NCBI GenBank assembly: GCA_964590105.1
Contig: CAZPYM010000003.1
Location: 72,179 to 136,178, forward strand
Length of the DNA: 64,000 bases
From: an uncultured Gammaproteobacteria bacterium
GTDB lineage: Bacteria; Patescibacteriota; Patescibacteriia; UBA11705; JABHMO01
Direction: 5' to 3'
Shown here one piece after another: positions 48,050 through 58,238 of the stretch. The position numbers and the translations under genes were made by a program. Position 1 is the first letter of the stretch, and every line of letters begins with the position of its first letter. Below the pieces are notes generated by a model that saw only the letters and a program-made list of their open reading frames with translations, did no database searches and was not told where the DNA came from.

Positions 48050-49027
48050 ATGTCCAAAGTTTCCATCAACTTAGTCACCTGGAACGGCGCTCGTTATATT
48101 GAAAATTGCCTGCGTTCGGTTATGAATCAAACATTCAAGGACTATTCGATTGTCATTATTGATAATGGCTCAACAGATCAGACTTTGGAATTAATTGACG
48201 AGCGTTATCCTCACCTGAAAATAATTAAGCATAAGGAAAATTTTGGTTTTGCCAAGGCGCACAACCAGGCTATCCATTGGACAAAATCAGATTATGTTTT
48301 GTGTTTGAATCAGGATGTTGAGCTCGATGAAAATTTTCTGGCAGAAATGGTGCGCTTTATGGACTCGCAGCCAATGGTCGGGACGGCCAGCGCCAAGGTT
48401 TTGCGATTGCAGGAAGGCGAGAGAACCAATTATATTGACACTCTTGGTTTGAAAATATTTAAAAATTTTAGAGTTATTGATATGGCCAGCGGAGAAGTTG
48501 ACGAGGGACAGTATGATGTTTCTGAAGAAGTGTTTGGCGTTTCTGGAGCAGTGCCATTTTTTCGGCGCAAAGCCTTGGAGGAAGCAATCTATCAGCAGGA
48601 ATATTTTGACGAATCATTTTTCAGTTACAAAGAAGATGTGGATCTGGCTTTCCGACTGCGCCTTGTCGGCTGGAGATCGTGGCGAGTGCCAAAAGCCGTG
48701 GCTTATCATGATCGGACAGTGACAACGCCAGTGAACCGGATGACAAAAATACAGATTGCCAGAAACAGAATAAAAAAATCAAAGTTTGCCAATTATTATT
48801 CATACCGTAATCATTTATTTTTTCTAATCAAATGTCTGCCAAAATTAAATTGGCGGGTTTTCTGGTATGAGTTGGTAAAGTTTTTTTATGTTTTGTCTTT
48901 GGAAACTAGGAATCTAAGGGTTTGGTCAGAGGTACTTAAAAACCGGAAGCAACTACAGCTCAAACGAAAAGTAATCTGGAAAAATGCCAAGGTTAAGGAA
49001 GAAGATCTGGTGCAGTGGTTTAGTTAG
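48050..49027 (+). CDS. family 2 glycosyltransferase
   Basis: N-terminal GT-A fold signature SINLVTWNGARYIENCLRSV...IVIIDNGSTDQT. Confidence 0.8.
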   Translation: MSKVSINLVTWNGARYIENCLRSVMNQTFKDYSIVIIDNGSTDQTLELIDERYPHLKIIKHKENFGFAKAHNQAIHWTKSDYVLCLNQDVELDENFLAEMVRFMDSQPMVGTASAKVLRLQEGERTNYIDTLGLKIFKNFRVIDMASGEVDEGQYDVSEEVFGVSGAVPFFRRKALEEAIYQQEYFDESFFSYKEDVDLAFRLRLVGWRSWRVPKAVAYHDRTVTTPVNRMTKIQIARNRIKKSKFANYYSYRNHLFFLIKCLPKLNWRVFWYELVKFFYVLSLETRNLRVWSEVLKNRKQLQLKRKVIWKNAKVKEEDLVQWFS

Positions 49028-49173
49028 AGGAAAAGCACAAATCACAAAATCCAAAACTCGAAGGAAATTCCAAATCTAAAATTCACAAATCATTTTGGAA
49101 TTTTGAATTTTGCGCTTTGAATTTAAGTCTTCAGTACGCGGTAATCGCGTTAAACATTAATCTTCCATACACT

Positions 49174-49965
49174 ATGGAGTTGAGCATAATAATTTTAAAT
49201 TACAAAATGAAGGGCTTGGTTAAAAATTGCGTCAAGACTATTTTTGAGTCTGAATTTGATCAGCCCTATGAAATAATTGTTGTGGATAATAATTCCGGCG
49301 ATGGAGTTGAAGCTATGCTTCAGGAGAGATTTCCACAAGTTAAATTTATCCAAACCGGCGCAAACCTGGGAATGGGCGCGGGAAACAACGCCGGAATTAA
49401 TGCAGCGCTGGGAAAATATGTTTTAATAATGAATCCTGATATTTTTGTGTCCAGGGATTCTTTGCAAAAACTTTATGATTATATTAGCCAGCGGTCTGAT
49501 GTTGGTCTGGTGGCGCCGCGCTTGTTAAATCCCGACAAAACCTTGCAATACACGTGCTATCGCTGGCATAAATTTTTAACGCCGGCTTTGCGACGTACTT
49601 TTTTTGGTAAAATTAAATGGGCGCAGAAAGAGTTGGATCGTTTTTTAATGCGGGACTGGGATCATGCATCAACTCGTGAAGTAGATTGGATCCAGGGCTC
49701 GTGCCTGCTCATTCCTAAAAAAGTGATTGATGAAGCCGGAGCTTTTGACGATCGTTTTTTTATGTATTTTGAGGATACTGATCTTTGTCGGCGAATTCGA
49801 AAAGCCGGATACAAAAATGTTTATTTGGCAGAGGCTGAAGTTGTTCATCTGCACCGCCGCCAGTCAGCTGATCAGAGCGGCCTGAAGTCTTTGTTCAGCA
49901 AACTGACCAGGATTCATATTGCCAGCTGGATGAAGTATATGTTGAAGTGGAAGGGGGAAAGTTAA
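49174..49965 (+). CDS. family 2 glycosyltransferase
   Basis: MELSIIILNYKMKGLVKNC...IIVVDNNSGDG... Confidence 0.8.
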   Translation: MELSIIILNYKMKGLVKNCVKTIFESEFDQPYEIIVVDNNSGDGVEAMLQERFPQVKFIQTGANLGMGAGNNAGINAALGKYVLIMNPDIFVSRDSLQKLYDYISQRSDVGLVAPRLLNPDKTLQYTCYRWHKFLTPALRRTFFGKIKWAQKELDRFLMRDWDHASTREVDWIQGSCLLIPKKVIDEAGAFDDRFFMYFEDTDLCRRIRKAGYKNVYLAEAEVVHLHRRQSADQSGLKSLFSKLTRIHIASWMKYMLKWKGES

Positions 49966-50046
49966 AAGTTAAAAGGTAAAAGGGGAAAAGGGAAAAGGTA
50001 AAAGGTAAAAGGGGAAAAGGGAAAAGGGAAAGGGGAAAAGGGAAAA
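49948..50046. repeat. tandem heptamer minisatellite (GGKAAAA)x~14 with G3-4 tracts
   Basis: gttaaaa gttaaaa ggtaaaa ggggaaaa gggaaaa ggtaaaa ggtaaaa ggggaaaa gggaaaa gggaaa ggggaaaa gggaaaa gggaaaa. It begins at the stop of the GT2 gene and ends before a terminator hairpin. Confidence 0.9.
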
Positions 50047-50058
50047 GGGAAAAGTAAG

Positions 50059-50082
50059 ACAGCCTGGAGGCTGTTTTTTTGT
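50059..50082 (+). terminator. Rho-independent terminator
   Basis: acagcc-tgga-ggctgt followed by a T7 run. Confidence 0.7.
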
Positions 50083-50123
50083 TTGCTCGATGTTGTAAAA
50101 TTAGCTAAAAGCAGTTGCCTAAC

Positions 50124-50152
50124 TTGACAAATATGTAAATCTGTGCTATACT
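50124..50152 (+). promoter_or_regulatory. consensus sigma70 promoter (TTGACA-17-TGcTATACT) for the GC-rich membrane-protein gene
   Basis: Perfect -35, 17-nt spacer, extended -10. About 50 nt upstream of ATG 50206. Confidence 0.65.
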
Positions 50153-50205
50153 AAAACGTAGTTGATCTTTGTTAGACGTGTCCTTAACCTTAGAAGAGGT
50201 GTCGC

Positions 50206-50682
50206 ATGAAAAAGGAAATGCTGTGGTTTTACGGCTCGTTGGCAGTGGTTGCGCTGGTAGCACTCGTTGTCGGGCTGAATGCGGAGGTTGTTTTCACCGC
50301 GAAGCTCACCGGCCTGTTGGTCGCCTTGATTGTCGGCACGGTTGTGGGAGCCTGGCGCGACGGAACCAGCTATCGCGCTGCGAGTGAGGGGGATCCTCTG
50401 ATCGTCCCCAAGTTGTTCATGTTCGCAATGGCGGCCATTTCAATCCTTGTCGGTGCGTATCTCGTTGACTTGATCAACACCTACGGGGTGCGATTCTTTT
50501 CACAAGGGGTTTCAATCTGTTTTTCTGGAGTAATGGTGGTTTTCTTGCTTGCCACTGGGGCCAGCATCGGGATGTACTGGAATGACCGTCCCGCCGGTAC
50601 CACCGTCCGCACAGCCATCGCCACCTGCGCCATCTACCTCCTGCCGGCGATCATCCTCACGCCGATGGTGATTTACATCTAA
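50206..50682 (+). CDS. hypothetical membrane protein (158 aa, about 4 TM) encoded on a GC-rich (about 58%) islet
   Basis: High GC and GC3 unlike neighbouring genes. Own promoter and terminator (cgact-acac-agtcg + T-run at about 50727-50751). Confidence 0.55.
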   Translation: MKKEMLWFYGSLAVVALVALVVGLNAEVVFTAKLTGLLVALIVGTVVGAWRDGTSYRAASEGDPLIVPKLFMFAMAAISILVGAYLVDLINTYGVRFFSQGVSICFSGVMVVFLLATGASIGMYWNDRPAGTTVRTAIATCAIYLLPAIILTPMVIYI

Positions 50683-50837
50683 GTCGCCTGAAGCAAATTT
50701 TCACAACAACGTTTTGTGAAAGAACTCGACTACACAGTCGGGTTTTTTCTTTTAAATGAGCAATAGGCCTGCCCTGAATCTGACGGAGGAATGGTTCATG
50801 GCTCGTTTTTTATTTAAGAAATTGTTATAATGGTGAC

Positions 50838-52805
50838 ATGCACAGTAATAAACAAAATTTTATCCGGCCGGAAAGGCGGGATTACAAAAAGCACGCAATA
50901 ACCGTGGGCCAGATTTTGTTGATTCCAATTCGTTTACTGCCGTATTTAATTCTGCTGTGTTTAATCATGGCGATTTTGATCGGCGTATTTGTCGGTATTT
51001 CTTTGGCGCCATATTATGCCTCACTAAAAGCTGTTTATGCGCAGGGAATAGAAGGGCAAAATCATTTATTGGCCGCGGAAAAGTTTTTGGGAGCGCAAAA
51101 ATTTGATTTGACTGCGGCAGAACTGGAGAGCGCGGAGCAAAGTTTTGTCAATGCGCAAAAAGGTTTGAAGCTGGCCGGCCAGGCGGCGATTTTTCGGAGC
51201 GATCTCATAAAAAATCAGTTGGTTGTGGCTGAAGAAATTTTTTCAATCGGCGAAATTTTATCCCGGTCTTTAAAAAATATCACCGCTATTGGTCAGGAAA
51301 TTCAGGCGGCATTAAAAGCAGACAATATTGTCTGGCTGGATATTACTCCGGAGAAAAAAGGCGAAATTTTGAAAATTCTGAATGATTCTGTCGGCGACCT
51401 GCAAAAAGTTCAGCAGGATTTTGCCTTAGCCAATGGAAAACTTCTTGATATCAATAGCCGCCAGCCGCTTTTCATTTTCAATAAAGCGGTAACTCCCCTG
51501 CAAACAAAGATTCCCAAGCTGCAGAAAACTTTTGACGGCCTGGTCACAGTCGCCAAGCTTTTGCCGGCTTTTTCCGGATATCCCGAAGCCAAAACTTATT
51601 TATTTATTTTGGAAAATAATCGCGAGATGCGTCCGGCCGGCGGATTTATCGGTACCTATGGCATACTGAAAATAAAAAATGCTGAAATGGAACAATTTTT
51701 TACTGACAATTCATACAATTTTGATTCTCCGGTTCACGACACTTTTCAGATCCCTTCACCGGAGCCGATGAAAAAATATATGAATCAGCCTCATTGGTAT
51801 TTTCGCGATTCTAATTGGTGGCCGGATTTTCCAACTTCAGCAGAAAAAGTGGAGTGGTTTTATCACAATCAGGGCGGCGCGGAAAATCTGGATGGTATTA
51901 TTGCTATCACGCCAAACGTGATCGAAGAACTGCTCGGCGTGCTGGGTGAATTTCAGGTGAGCGATTTGAAATTTAATAAAGAAAATTTTTGGGAGCAATT
52001 GCAGTATCAGGTTGAATACGGTTATTACAAGCAGGGGATTGAGGCGAAAGACAGAAAAGACATTATCAGCGATCTGGGCCAGCAGATGATTGCCAGGTTA
52101 TATTTATTGCCAATGAATAAGTGGCCGATCCTTATTGACGCCATTTCAGAGCAAGTAAAGGAAAAGCAGTTTTTATTATATTTTAATGATCCGGAAATGC
52201 AGGCTATGGCAATTAAAAATGGCTGGGCCGGCGAGGTAAAAGATTTTTCCGGCGATTATATAATGCTCGTGGACGCGAATCTGGCGGCGCTGAAAACCGA
52301 TTCGGTTATGAACAGAACAATGATGTACCGGCTGGATCAGAACGAAGATGGCGAATTGTTTGCCTCAACCAGTGTTAATTATCAGAACATGGGAACTTTT
52401 TCCTGGAAAACCACTCGATATCGAACTTACACCCGATTGTATGTGCCGGCAGGAAGCGAACTTATCTCCGTGAAAGCGGGTAATACAGAGATTGACCTGG
52501 AGAAAGACGTTGACATAACCAATGAATTTGGAAAAACCGCTTTTGGTTTATTTTTCGAGGTAGAGCCGCAAACTTCCAAAGTCATAACCTGGAAATATAA
52601 ATTGCCGGCTCGAATTTTGCCGGGCAATGAATATGCTGTCATGGTGCAAAAACAGCCGGGCATTCCTCAAATGAATCTTCAGCTTGATTTAAACTTCCAG
52701 AAAAAAATAAAAAGCAATCAGGTCGGACTGCACGCCAGCAAAAACAATCTTAAACACGTGGAAGTGATGCGTCAGGATCAGGTTTATACGGTTTGGTTGG
52801 AGTAG
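50838..52805 (+). CDS. DUF4012-domain membrane-anchored protein
   Basis: N-terminal TM helix. LENNREMRPAGGFIGTYG matches the DUF4012 signature. 655 aa. Confidence 0.6.
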   Translation: MHSNKQNFIRPERRDYKKHAITVGQILLIPIRLLPYLILLCLIMAILIGVFVGISLAPYYASLKAVYAQGIEGQNHLLAAEKFLGAQKFDLTAAELESAEQSFVNAQKGLKLAGQAAIFRSDLIKNQLVVAEEIFSIGEILSRSLKNITAIGQEIQAALKADNIVWLDITPEKKGEILKILNDSVGDLQKVQQDFALANGKLLDINSRQPLFIFNKAVTPLQTKIPKLQKTFDGLVTVAKLLPAFSGYPEAKTYLFILENNREMRPAGGFIGTYGILKIKNAEMEQFFTDNSYNFDSPVHDTFQIPSPEPMKKYMNQPHWYFRDSNWWPDFPTSAEKVEWFYHNQGGAENLDGIIAITPNVIEELLGVLGEFQVSDLKFNKENFWEQLQYQVEYGYYKQGIEAKDRKDIISDLGQQMIARLYLLPMNKWPILIDAISEQVKEKQFLLYFNDPEMQAMAIKNGWAGEVKDFSGDYIMLVDANLAALKTDSVMNRTMMYRLDQNEDGELFASTSVNYQNMGTFSWKTTRYRTYTRLYVPAGSELISVKAGNTEIDLEKDVDITNEFGKTAFGLFFEVEPQTSKVITWKYKLPARILPGNEYAVMVQKQPGIPQMNLQLDLNFQKKIKSNQVGLHASKNNLKHVEVMRQDQVYTVWLE

Positions 52806-52974
52806 GGGACGCGAAATAACGCTAAACTAAAAGCAAAACAACGCGAAACTACGCTAAGAAGAGAGCGTTTTTTTTGTTGAAAAATGGCATAATAAGTGGA
52901 TAAATTGTCGCTTTGTTTAATCGGGTTTTGTGTGGTAAAATGGAGGCGAAAGAAACATCACGAATAACTCAAAA

Positions 52975-52994
52975 CATGCGAATGATGCGAATTA
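52975..52994. repeat. copy of the dispersed GCGAATGAYGCGAATTAG motif upstream of dnaE
   Basis: atgcgaatgatgcgaattag, compared with 39393-39410 and 39696-39715. Confidence 0.75.
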
Positions 52995-53098
52995 GGAAGG
53001 CAAAATAAAGAGAAATACAGTGAATAGAAGTGTAATAATTAGCTCAGAATCGTTCCATGTTTCCTGTCACGTGTTTCGTGTTATGTGATTAATAATTC

Positions 53099-56000
53099 GT
53101 GTTTATGAAATATACCCCTCTCCATGTCCACAGCCATTATTCATTGCTTGACGGCCTGACCAAGATTGACGATCTGGTGGGCAAAGCAAAAGAAGACGGC
53201 ATGACTGCGCTCGCATTGACCGACCACGGTGTGATGTATGGCGCGATTGAGTTTTATCAAAAATGCAAAGCCGCGGGCATCAAGCCGATAATCGGCGTGG
53301 AAGCGTATATTGTTAATGATCGAAAGGAAAAGAAAGCGTCTGAAGAAGAGCGCTTTCATTTGATTTTATTAGCCAAGAATTACGAAGGGTACAAAAATCT
53401 GATCAAGCTGACAACGCTCGCTCATTTGGAAGGATTTTATTACAAGCCGCGCATTGATTGGGAGATTCTGCGGAAATATAGTAAAGGACTTATTGGTTTA
53501 TCTGCTTGTCTGGCCGGCGAAATACCGCGGGCGATTACCAGGGGGCTCGACGACGAGAAAATTGAATTAGTAATAAAAAAATATTTAAATGTTTTTGGCA
53601 AAGACAATTTTTATCTGGAAGTCCAGCACCATCCGAATATCCCTGATCAAAAAGTGGTAAATAATAAAATTTTTGAAATAGCCAAGCGCTTGGGATTGGA
53701 AGTCGTGGCCACGAATGACAGCCATTATTTAAATACAGAAGATGCGGAAGCGCATGATATTTTAATCTGCCTTCAAACAAAAAAATTGCTCAGTGATACT
53801 GACCGCATGAGCTATCTTGGCGAAGATTTTTCTTTGTATACTTCACAGCAGATGACTGACAATTTTCGCGGCAATCCGGAAGTTCTGGAGAACACCAATA
53901 AGATTGCGGATAAATGTGAAATAGAAATTCCGCTTGGCGAGATCAGATTGCCGTACTTTGAAGTACCGGAAGGGCAAACTGATTTTGAGTGTTTGCGTGA
54001 CCTTTGTTATCACAATATAGCCCGCCGCTATAATTTTGATTATAAAAAAGAGCAATTAATTGAAGCTGAAAAAAAAGTTATCGGCCGATTGGAATTTGAG
54101 CTCGGCGTTATTCAGCGCACCGGTTACTCTTCATATTTTTTGATTGTGCAGGATTTTACCAGCTGGGCGAGAAGCAAAGGGATCATTGTTGGACCTGGCC
54201 GCGGCTCGGCAGCCGGGAGCATAGTTTCATATTTGCTTGGCGTGACCAATTTGGATCCACTTCAATATGATTTGTTGTTTGAAAGATTTTTAAATCCGGA
54301 CCGTATTTCAATGCCTGATATTGATATTGATTTTGCTGATGAACGCCGCGCTGAAGTTATTCATTATGTCGAAGAAAAATACGGCAAAGATCACGTGGGC
54401 CAGATTATTACTTTTGGCACAATGGCCGCCCGGGCGGCGGCGCGCGACGTGGGCCGGGTGCTCGACATGCCGTATACGTTTTGCGATCAGGTGGCCAAAT
54501 TGATTCCAATGGGAATTAAACTGGATGAAGCTATCAACAAGGTAGTTGAAGTCAAAGAATTATATCGCAGCAATGATGATGCCCGGCGGCTTTTGGATTT
54601 CGCCCGCAAGCTGGAAGGCGTGGCCAGACATGCTTCCACGCATGCTTGCGGCGTGGTTATTACCAGAGAGCCGCTGGATAATTATTGTCCCTGTCAATTT
54701 GCCAGAGATCAGGAAGACGTAATCGTCACTCAGTATTCACTTCATCCGGTTGAAGATCTCGGCCTTTTGAAAATGGATTTTTTGGGTTTAAAAAACCTGA
54801 CTATTATCGAGAGAGCCTGTGAAATTGTGGAAAAAATGCATGGACAAAAAATAGTTATTGATGATTTGCCTCTGGGGGACATAAAAGCTTACGAACTGTT
54901 TCAGAACGGTCAGACAACCGGTGTTTTTCAATTTGAATCGAGCGGCATGAAAAGATATTTAAAACAGTTAAAACCGACGGAATTCGAAGACCTGATCGCC
55001 ATGGTCGCGCTCTATCGTCCGGGACCGCTTAATTCCGGCATGGTGGATGAATTTATTGCCAGAAAGCATGGCTTGAAAAAAATTGCCTATGTTCATCCGT
55101 TGATGGAAAACGCTTTGAAAAATACTTACGGCGTTATTGTTTATCAAGAGCAGGTCATGCAGCTTTCAAAAGATATGGCCGGTTTTACCGGCGGTCAGGC
55201 GGACACTTTGCGCAAAGCTATAGGAAAGAAAATCGCCGACTTGATGGAAAAAATGAAAACTGTATTTATTGAAGGCTGTATAAAAAATAACATTTCCAAG
55301 CAAATAGCTGAGCAGACATTTGAATCAATGGAAAAGTTCGCAGAATACGGATTTAATAAATCCCATGCCGCTTGTTATGCGCTCATTGCTTATCAGACGG
55401 CATTTCTTAAAGCAAATTTTCCTACTGAATTTATGGCGGCCCTTCTTACTTCAGATCAGGGAAATTTGGACAGAGTGGCAATTGAAATTGATGAATGTCA
55501 GCAGATGGGAATAGAAATTATGCCGCCAAGTATTAATGAAAGTTATTCCACTTTTACTGTAGTCGCCGATTCATTAAAACAAGGAACTCCAAGAATTCGT
55601 TTTGGCTTGAACGCAATTCGTAATGTCGGAGAAAACGTGGCCAGAGAGATTATTCATGAAAGAAAAGACAACGGCGCGTATATAGAACTGGAAGATTTTT
55701 GCAGCCGGCTCGGCAACCGGGCGCTGAATAAAAAATCTCTTGAAGGATTGATAAAAAGTGGCGCCATGGATCTTTTTGGTTCGCGTTCACAGCTGTTGGA
55801 TAATGTTGATAAAATTATAATGTTTATTCGAGAGGTTGAAGCGTCGCGCGCAACAAAACAGGTAAATATTTTTGATTTAAATAATTCACCTGACGCAACT
55901 TTACCGCGCATATTGCTCCGTCAGAGCAAAGATCTGGGACTCAAGCAAATACTTGCCTGGGAAAAAGAATTTTTGGGATTATACGTATCAGAGCATCCGT

Positions 56001-56611
56001 TCAAAAATTATGAAAAGAAATTACAGGGCCTGGTAACGCCGCTTTCAGAATTAAAAATCGGGGGCGACAGGCAATTGGTGCGCATTGCCGGCGTGGTGGC
56101 CAGCGTGAAAAAAATCACCACAAAAAAAGGCGATCCGATGCTATTTGTTTCCCTGTCCGATGCTTTGCGGGCGGTTGAAATATTAGTATTCCCTCGTTTG
56201 TACAAGGAAGATGAAGTGATCTGGCACGACGGCAAAGTTTTGATGGTAGAGGGAACAGTTTCCGACAAAGATGAAGAAATAAAAATTTTAGCCAATAAAG
56301 TCTGGGCCATTGATGAGATTGGCCTCGAGACAATACCAAAGGAAATGAACAGCGAATCACCGCGAGGCAGATTTAGTGGCGCCGGCCGGGGGAAAACGGT
56401 TTTGCGGGCGATAATAAATTACCCGGCCGGCGCAACTCATGATTTTGCCAATCAGGTAAAAATGCTTTTCATGGCAATCCCCGGCCGGCATCAAGTAATA
56501 TTTCGGATTCAAGACAAGCTGATAAAAACTAATTTTTTAATCAGCGTGGATGAAGAAAGTAGGTTGAAAATAGAATCTTTGCTTGGCAAGGGGACACTGA
56601 AGCAATTATAA
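53099..56611 (+). CDS. dnaE: DNA polymerase III alpha subunit
   Basis: PHP domain HVHSHYSLLDG, polymerase core, OB fold. 1170 aa. Confidence 0.92.
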   Translation: MFMKYTPLHVHSHYSLLDGLTKIDDLVGKAKEDGMTALALTDHGVMYGAIEFYQKCKAAGIKPIIGVEAYIVNDRKEKKASEEERFHLILLAKNYEGYKNLIKLTTLAHLEGFYYKPRIDWEILRKYSKGLIGLSACLAGEIPRAITRGLDDEKIELVIKKYLNVFGKDNFYLEVQHHPNIPDQKVVNNKIFEIAKRLGLEVVATNDSHYLNTEDAEAHDILICLQTKKLLSDTDRMSYLGEDFSLYTSQQMTDNFRGNPEVLENTNKIADKCEIEIPLGEIRLPYFEVPEGQTDFECLRDLCYHNIARRYNFDYKKEQLIEAEKKVIGRLEFELGVIQRTGYSSYFLIVQDFTSWARSKGIIVGPGRGSAAGSIVSYLLGVTNLDPLQYDLLFERFLNPDRISMPDIDIDFADERRAEVIHYVEEKYGKDHVGQIITFGTMAARAAARDVGRVLDMPYTFCDQVAKLIPMGIKLDEAINKVVEVKELYRSNDDARRLLDFARKLEGVARHASTHACGVVITREPLDNYCPCQFARDQEDVIVTQYSLHPVEDLGLLKMDFLGLKNLTIIERACEIVEKMHGQKIVIDDLPLGDIKAYELFQNGQTTGVFQFESSGMKRYLKQLKPTEFEDLIAMVALYRPGPLNSGMVDEFIARKHGLKKIAYVHPLMENALKNTYGVIVYQEQVMQLSKDMAGFTGGQADTLRKAIGKKIADLMEKMKTVFIEGCIKNNISKQIAEQTFESMEKFAEYGFNKSHAACYALIAYQTAFLKANFPTEFMAALLTSDQGNLDRVAIEIDECQQMGIEIMPPSINESYSTFTVVADSLKQGTPRIRFGLNAIRNVGENVAREIIHERKDNGAYIELEDFCSRLGNRALNKKSLEGLIKSGAMDLFGSRSQLLDNVDKIIMFIREVEASRATKQVNIFDLNNSPDATLPRILLRQSKDLGLKQILAWEKEFLGLYVSEHPFKNYEKKLQGLVTPLSELKIGGDRQLVRIAGVVASVKKITTKKGDPMLFVSLSDALRAVEILVFPRLYKEDEVIWHDGKVLMVEGTVSDKDEEIKILANKVWAIDEIGLETIPKEMNSESPRGRFSGAGRGKTVLRAIINYPAGATHDFANQVKMLFMAIPGRHQVIFRIQDKLIKTNFLISVDEESRLKIESLLGKGTLKQL

Positions 56612-56790
56612 AGCAAAGGGCAGTTTTTACATCTAGTTTGAACACGGGTAAATTGCTTTTTTCTTTTATTCTGGTAAACTATAGGTGTGATATAGGCAGG
56701 TTCATATAAGTTTACAATTAGATTAATAAATAGGGAAAGCCGGACAGGGAGCCCCTCTATCTTATTGGCCTGTTTAGCCCCATCTTCCAT

Positions 56791-57933
56791 ATGTATATCA
56801 AAAAACATTCAAGAGTTACGGAGGGATACAAAAAAATGGTTTTCAGTTTTGTGGTAATCACGGTTATTTTGGTGGGAATAATTTTATATTTTTCAGCCAG
56901 CAAAGCCCTGATCAAAGTAGTGCCAAAAGCGTCAGCCATTGAAACTGATTTTGTTATTGATGTTATTAGTGATGGCGGTTCGGCAGAGGGCGCTATGCAG
57001 GGAGTATTGTATGAAACAGAAGTAGAGGGAACTATCGAAGGAGTGGCCACTGGGACAGAGATAGTTGATGGTAGCGCGATTGGCGAAGTGCTTTTGATTA
57101 ACAAGCGGGCAGAATCGCAAACTTTGGTTAAAACAACGCGACTTCTAACGCAAGATGGAATATTGTTAAGGTTAATGGACAAAGTCAATGTTCCTGCCGG
57201 CGGACAGATTGAAGCGGCTGTTTATGCTGATGATCCAAATGCTTTTGAAGAAATTCAACCGACTACATTTACTATCCCCGGACTTTGGGAAGGTTTGCAA
57301 ACGCAGGTTTACGCGGAAAGCACGACTGTGTTAAAAAGTACCGGCGATTCAATCAAAGTAGTAAAAGCAGTTGACATTGCCCGCGCCAAAGAAGAATTGA
57401 CAAATCAGCTTTATGATCGGGCGATCGAAAAATTTAAAGAACAATTACCAAATGGAAATTATGTTTCGCAGGTAGTTTCAAAAAAAATTATTGAAGAGAG
57501 CGTAGACGCTTCGGCTGGCGACAAAAAAGACAAGTTTACGTCAAGCATGAAGTTGAGCGCGACATTAATCGGCGTTTCGCAGGACAAAATTATTGAATTG
57601 GCGGGCGAGAGACTAAAGGCCGCGGTTTCCGGCGGTCAGGATCTGGCTAATTTGGATCCTAATACGCTGTCATATAAAGTGCAGAGCTTTGACGAACAAA
57701 AAATGACCGCCAATATAAAAGTTCATGCCGCAGGTTCGGCAGTCGTCAAGGAAAATAATGAAATATTTCAGAAAGACAAGCTGATTGGTCTCAGTCCAAA
57801 GGGAGTGGAGCTGTATCTGGCCAATTTTGACGAAGTGGAATCAGTGACTGTTGAGCTTTCTCCTTTTTGGGTGAAAAATATTCCAAAATTAAAAGATCAT
57901 ATTAATATTGTGATTGTCAGCCCGAATAAATAA
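56791..57933 (+). CDS. hypothetical membrane-anchored protein (380 aa; the start may be at 56836, MVFSF...)
   Basis: One N-terminal TM helix, followed by a soluble domain rich in small residues. No motif recognised. Confidence 0.5.
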   Translation: MYIKKHSRVTEGYKKMVFSFVVITVILVGIILYFSASKALIKVVPKASAIETDFVIDVISDGGSAEGAMQGVLYETEVEGTIEGVATGTEIVDGSAIGEVLLINKRAESQTLVKTTRLLTQDGILLRLMDKVNVPAGGQIEAAVYADDPNAFEEIQPTTFTIPGLWEGLQTQVYAESTTVLKSTGDSIKVVKAVDIARAKEELTNQLYDRAIEKFKEQLPNGNYVSQVVSKKIIEESVDASAGDKKDKFTSSMKLSATLIGVSQDKIIELAGERLKAAVSGGQDLANLDPNTLSYKVQSFDEQKMTANIKVHAAGSAVVKENNEIFQKDKLIGLSPKGVELYLANFDEVESVTVELSPFWVKNIPKLKDHINIVIVSPNK

Positions 57934-57979
57934 GGACGGAGAAGGGAGTAAAAGTGGAATACAAAATAATAAAACACAA

Positions 57980-58010
57980 AGAACGCTGCGAGATTGGCGT
58001 TCTTTTGGTA
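57980..58010 (+). terminator. Rho-independent terminator
   Basis: gaacgc-tgcgagattg-gcgttc followed by ttttgg. Confidence 0.5.
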
Positions 58011-58021
58011 AGGCTTATTAG

Positions 58022-58049
58022 TTGACGAAAATTTTTCAAGTGCTATAAT
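58022..58049 (+). promoter_or_regulatory. promoter (TTGACG-16-TGcTATAAT) driving a short non-coding transcript
   Basis: Strong -35 and an extended -10. No ORF follows before a terminator at 58213-58240. Confidence 0.55.
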
Positions 58050-58055
58050 AAAAAT

Positions 58056-58238
58056 AATCACAAGCGATTGGCCTGGCTACCAACCGGGCACCACAAGGTT
58101 TTGCAATAAAAAGCTAACTAAGTTTGTGAGAACAATATAAGAAATTAAGAGCTTTGGCGTTTGTTTGTCCGAAGAACTTGGGTGGAACCCCCTGGCGTAT
58201 GCCTGGGCCCAAGACTAAGTAAAATTAGTCTTTTTTAT
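58056..58238 (+). ncRNA. putative small structured RNA (about 180 nt; 6S-like long hairpin?) between promoter and terminator upstream of dtd
   Basis: Bounded by the promoter at 58022-58049 and by terminator agactaa-gtaaaa-ttagtct plus a T-run (58213-58240). The 5' segment (ttggcctggctaccaaccgggcaccacaagg) is largely complementary to the 3' segment (cttgggtggaaccccctggcgtatgcctgggcccaag), predicting a long closing helix around an AT-rich interior. There is no coding potential. Confidence 0.4.

Noticed and set aside
49948-50046. CRISPR array interpretation of the heptamer and other tandem repeats
   Set aside because: The repeat units are 7-8 nt with no spacers, there are no cas genes, and the arrays are simple-sequence minisatellites.
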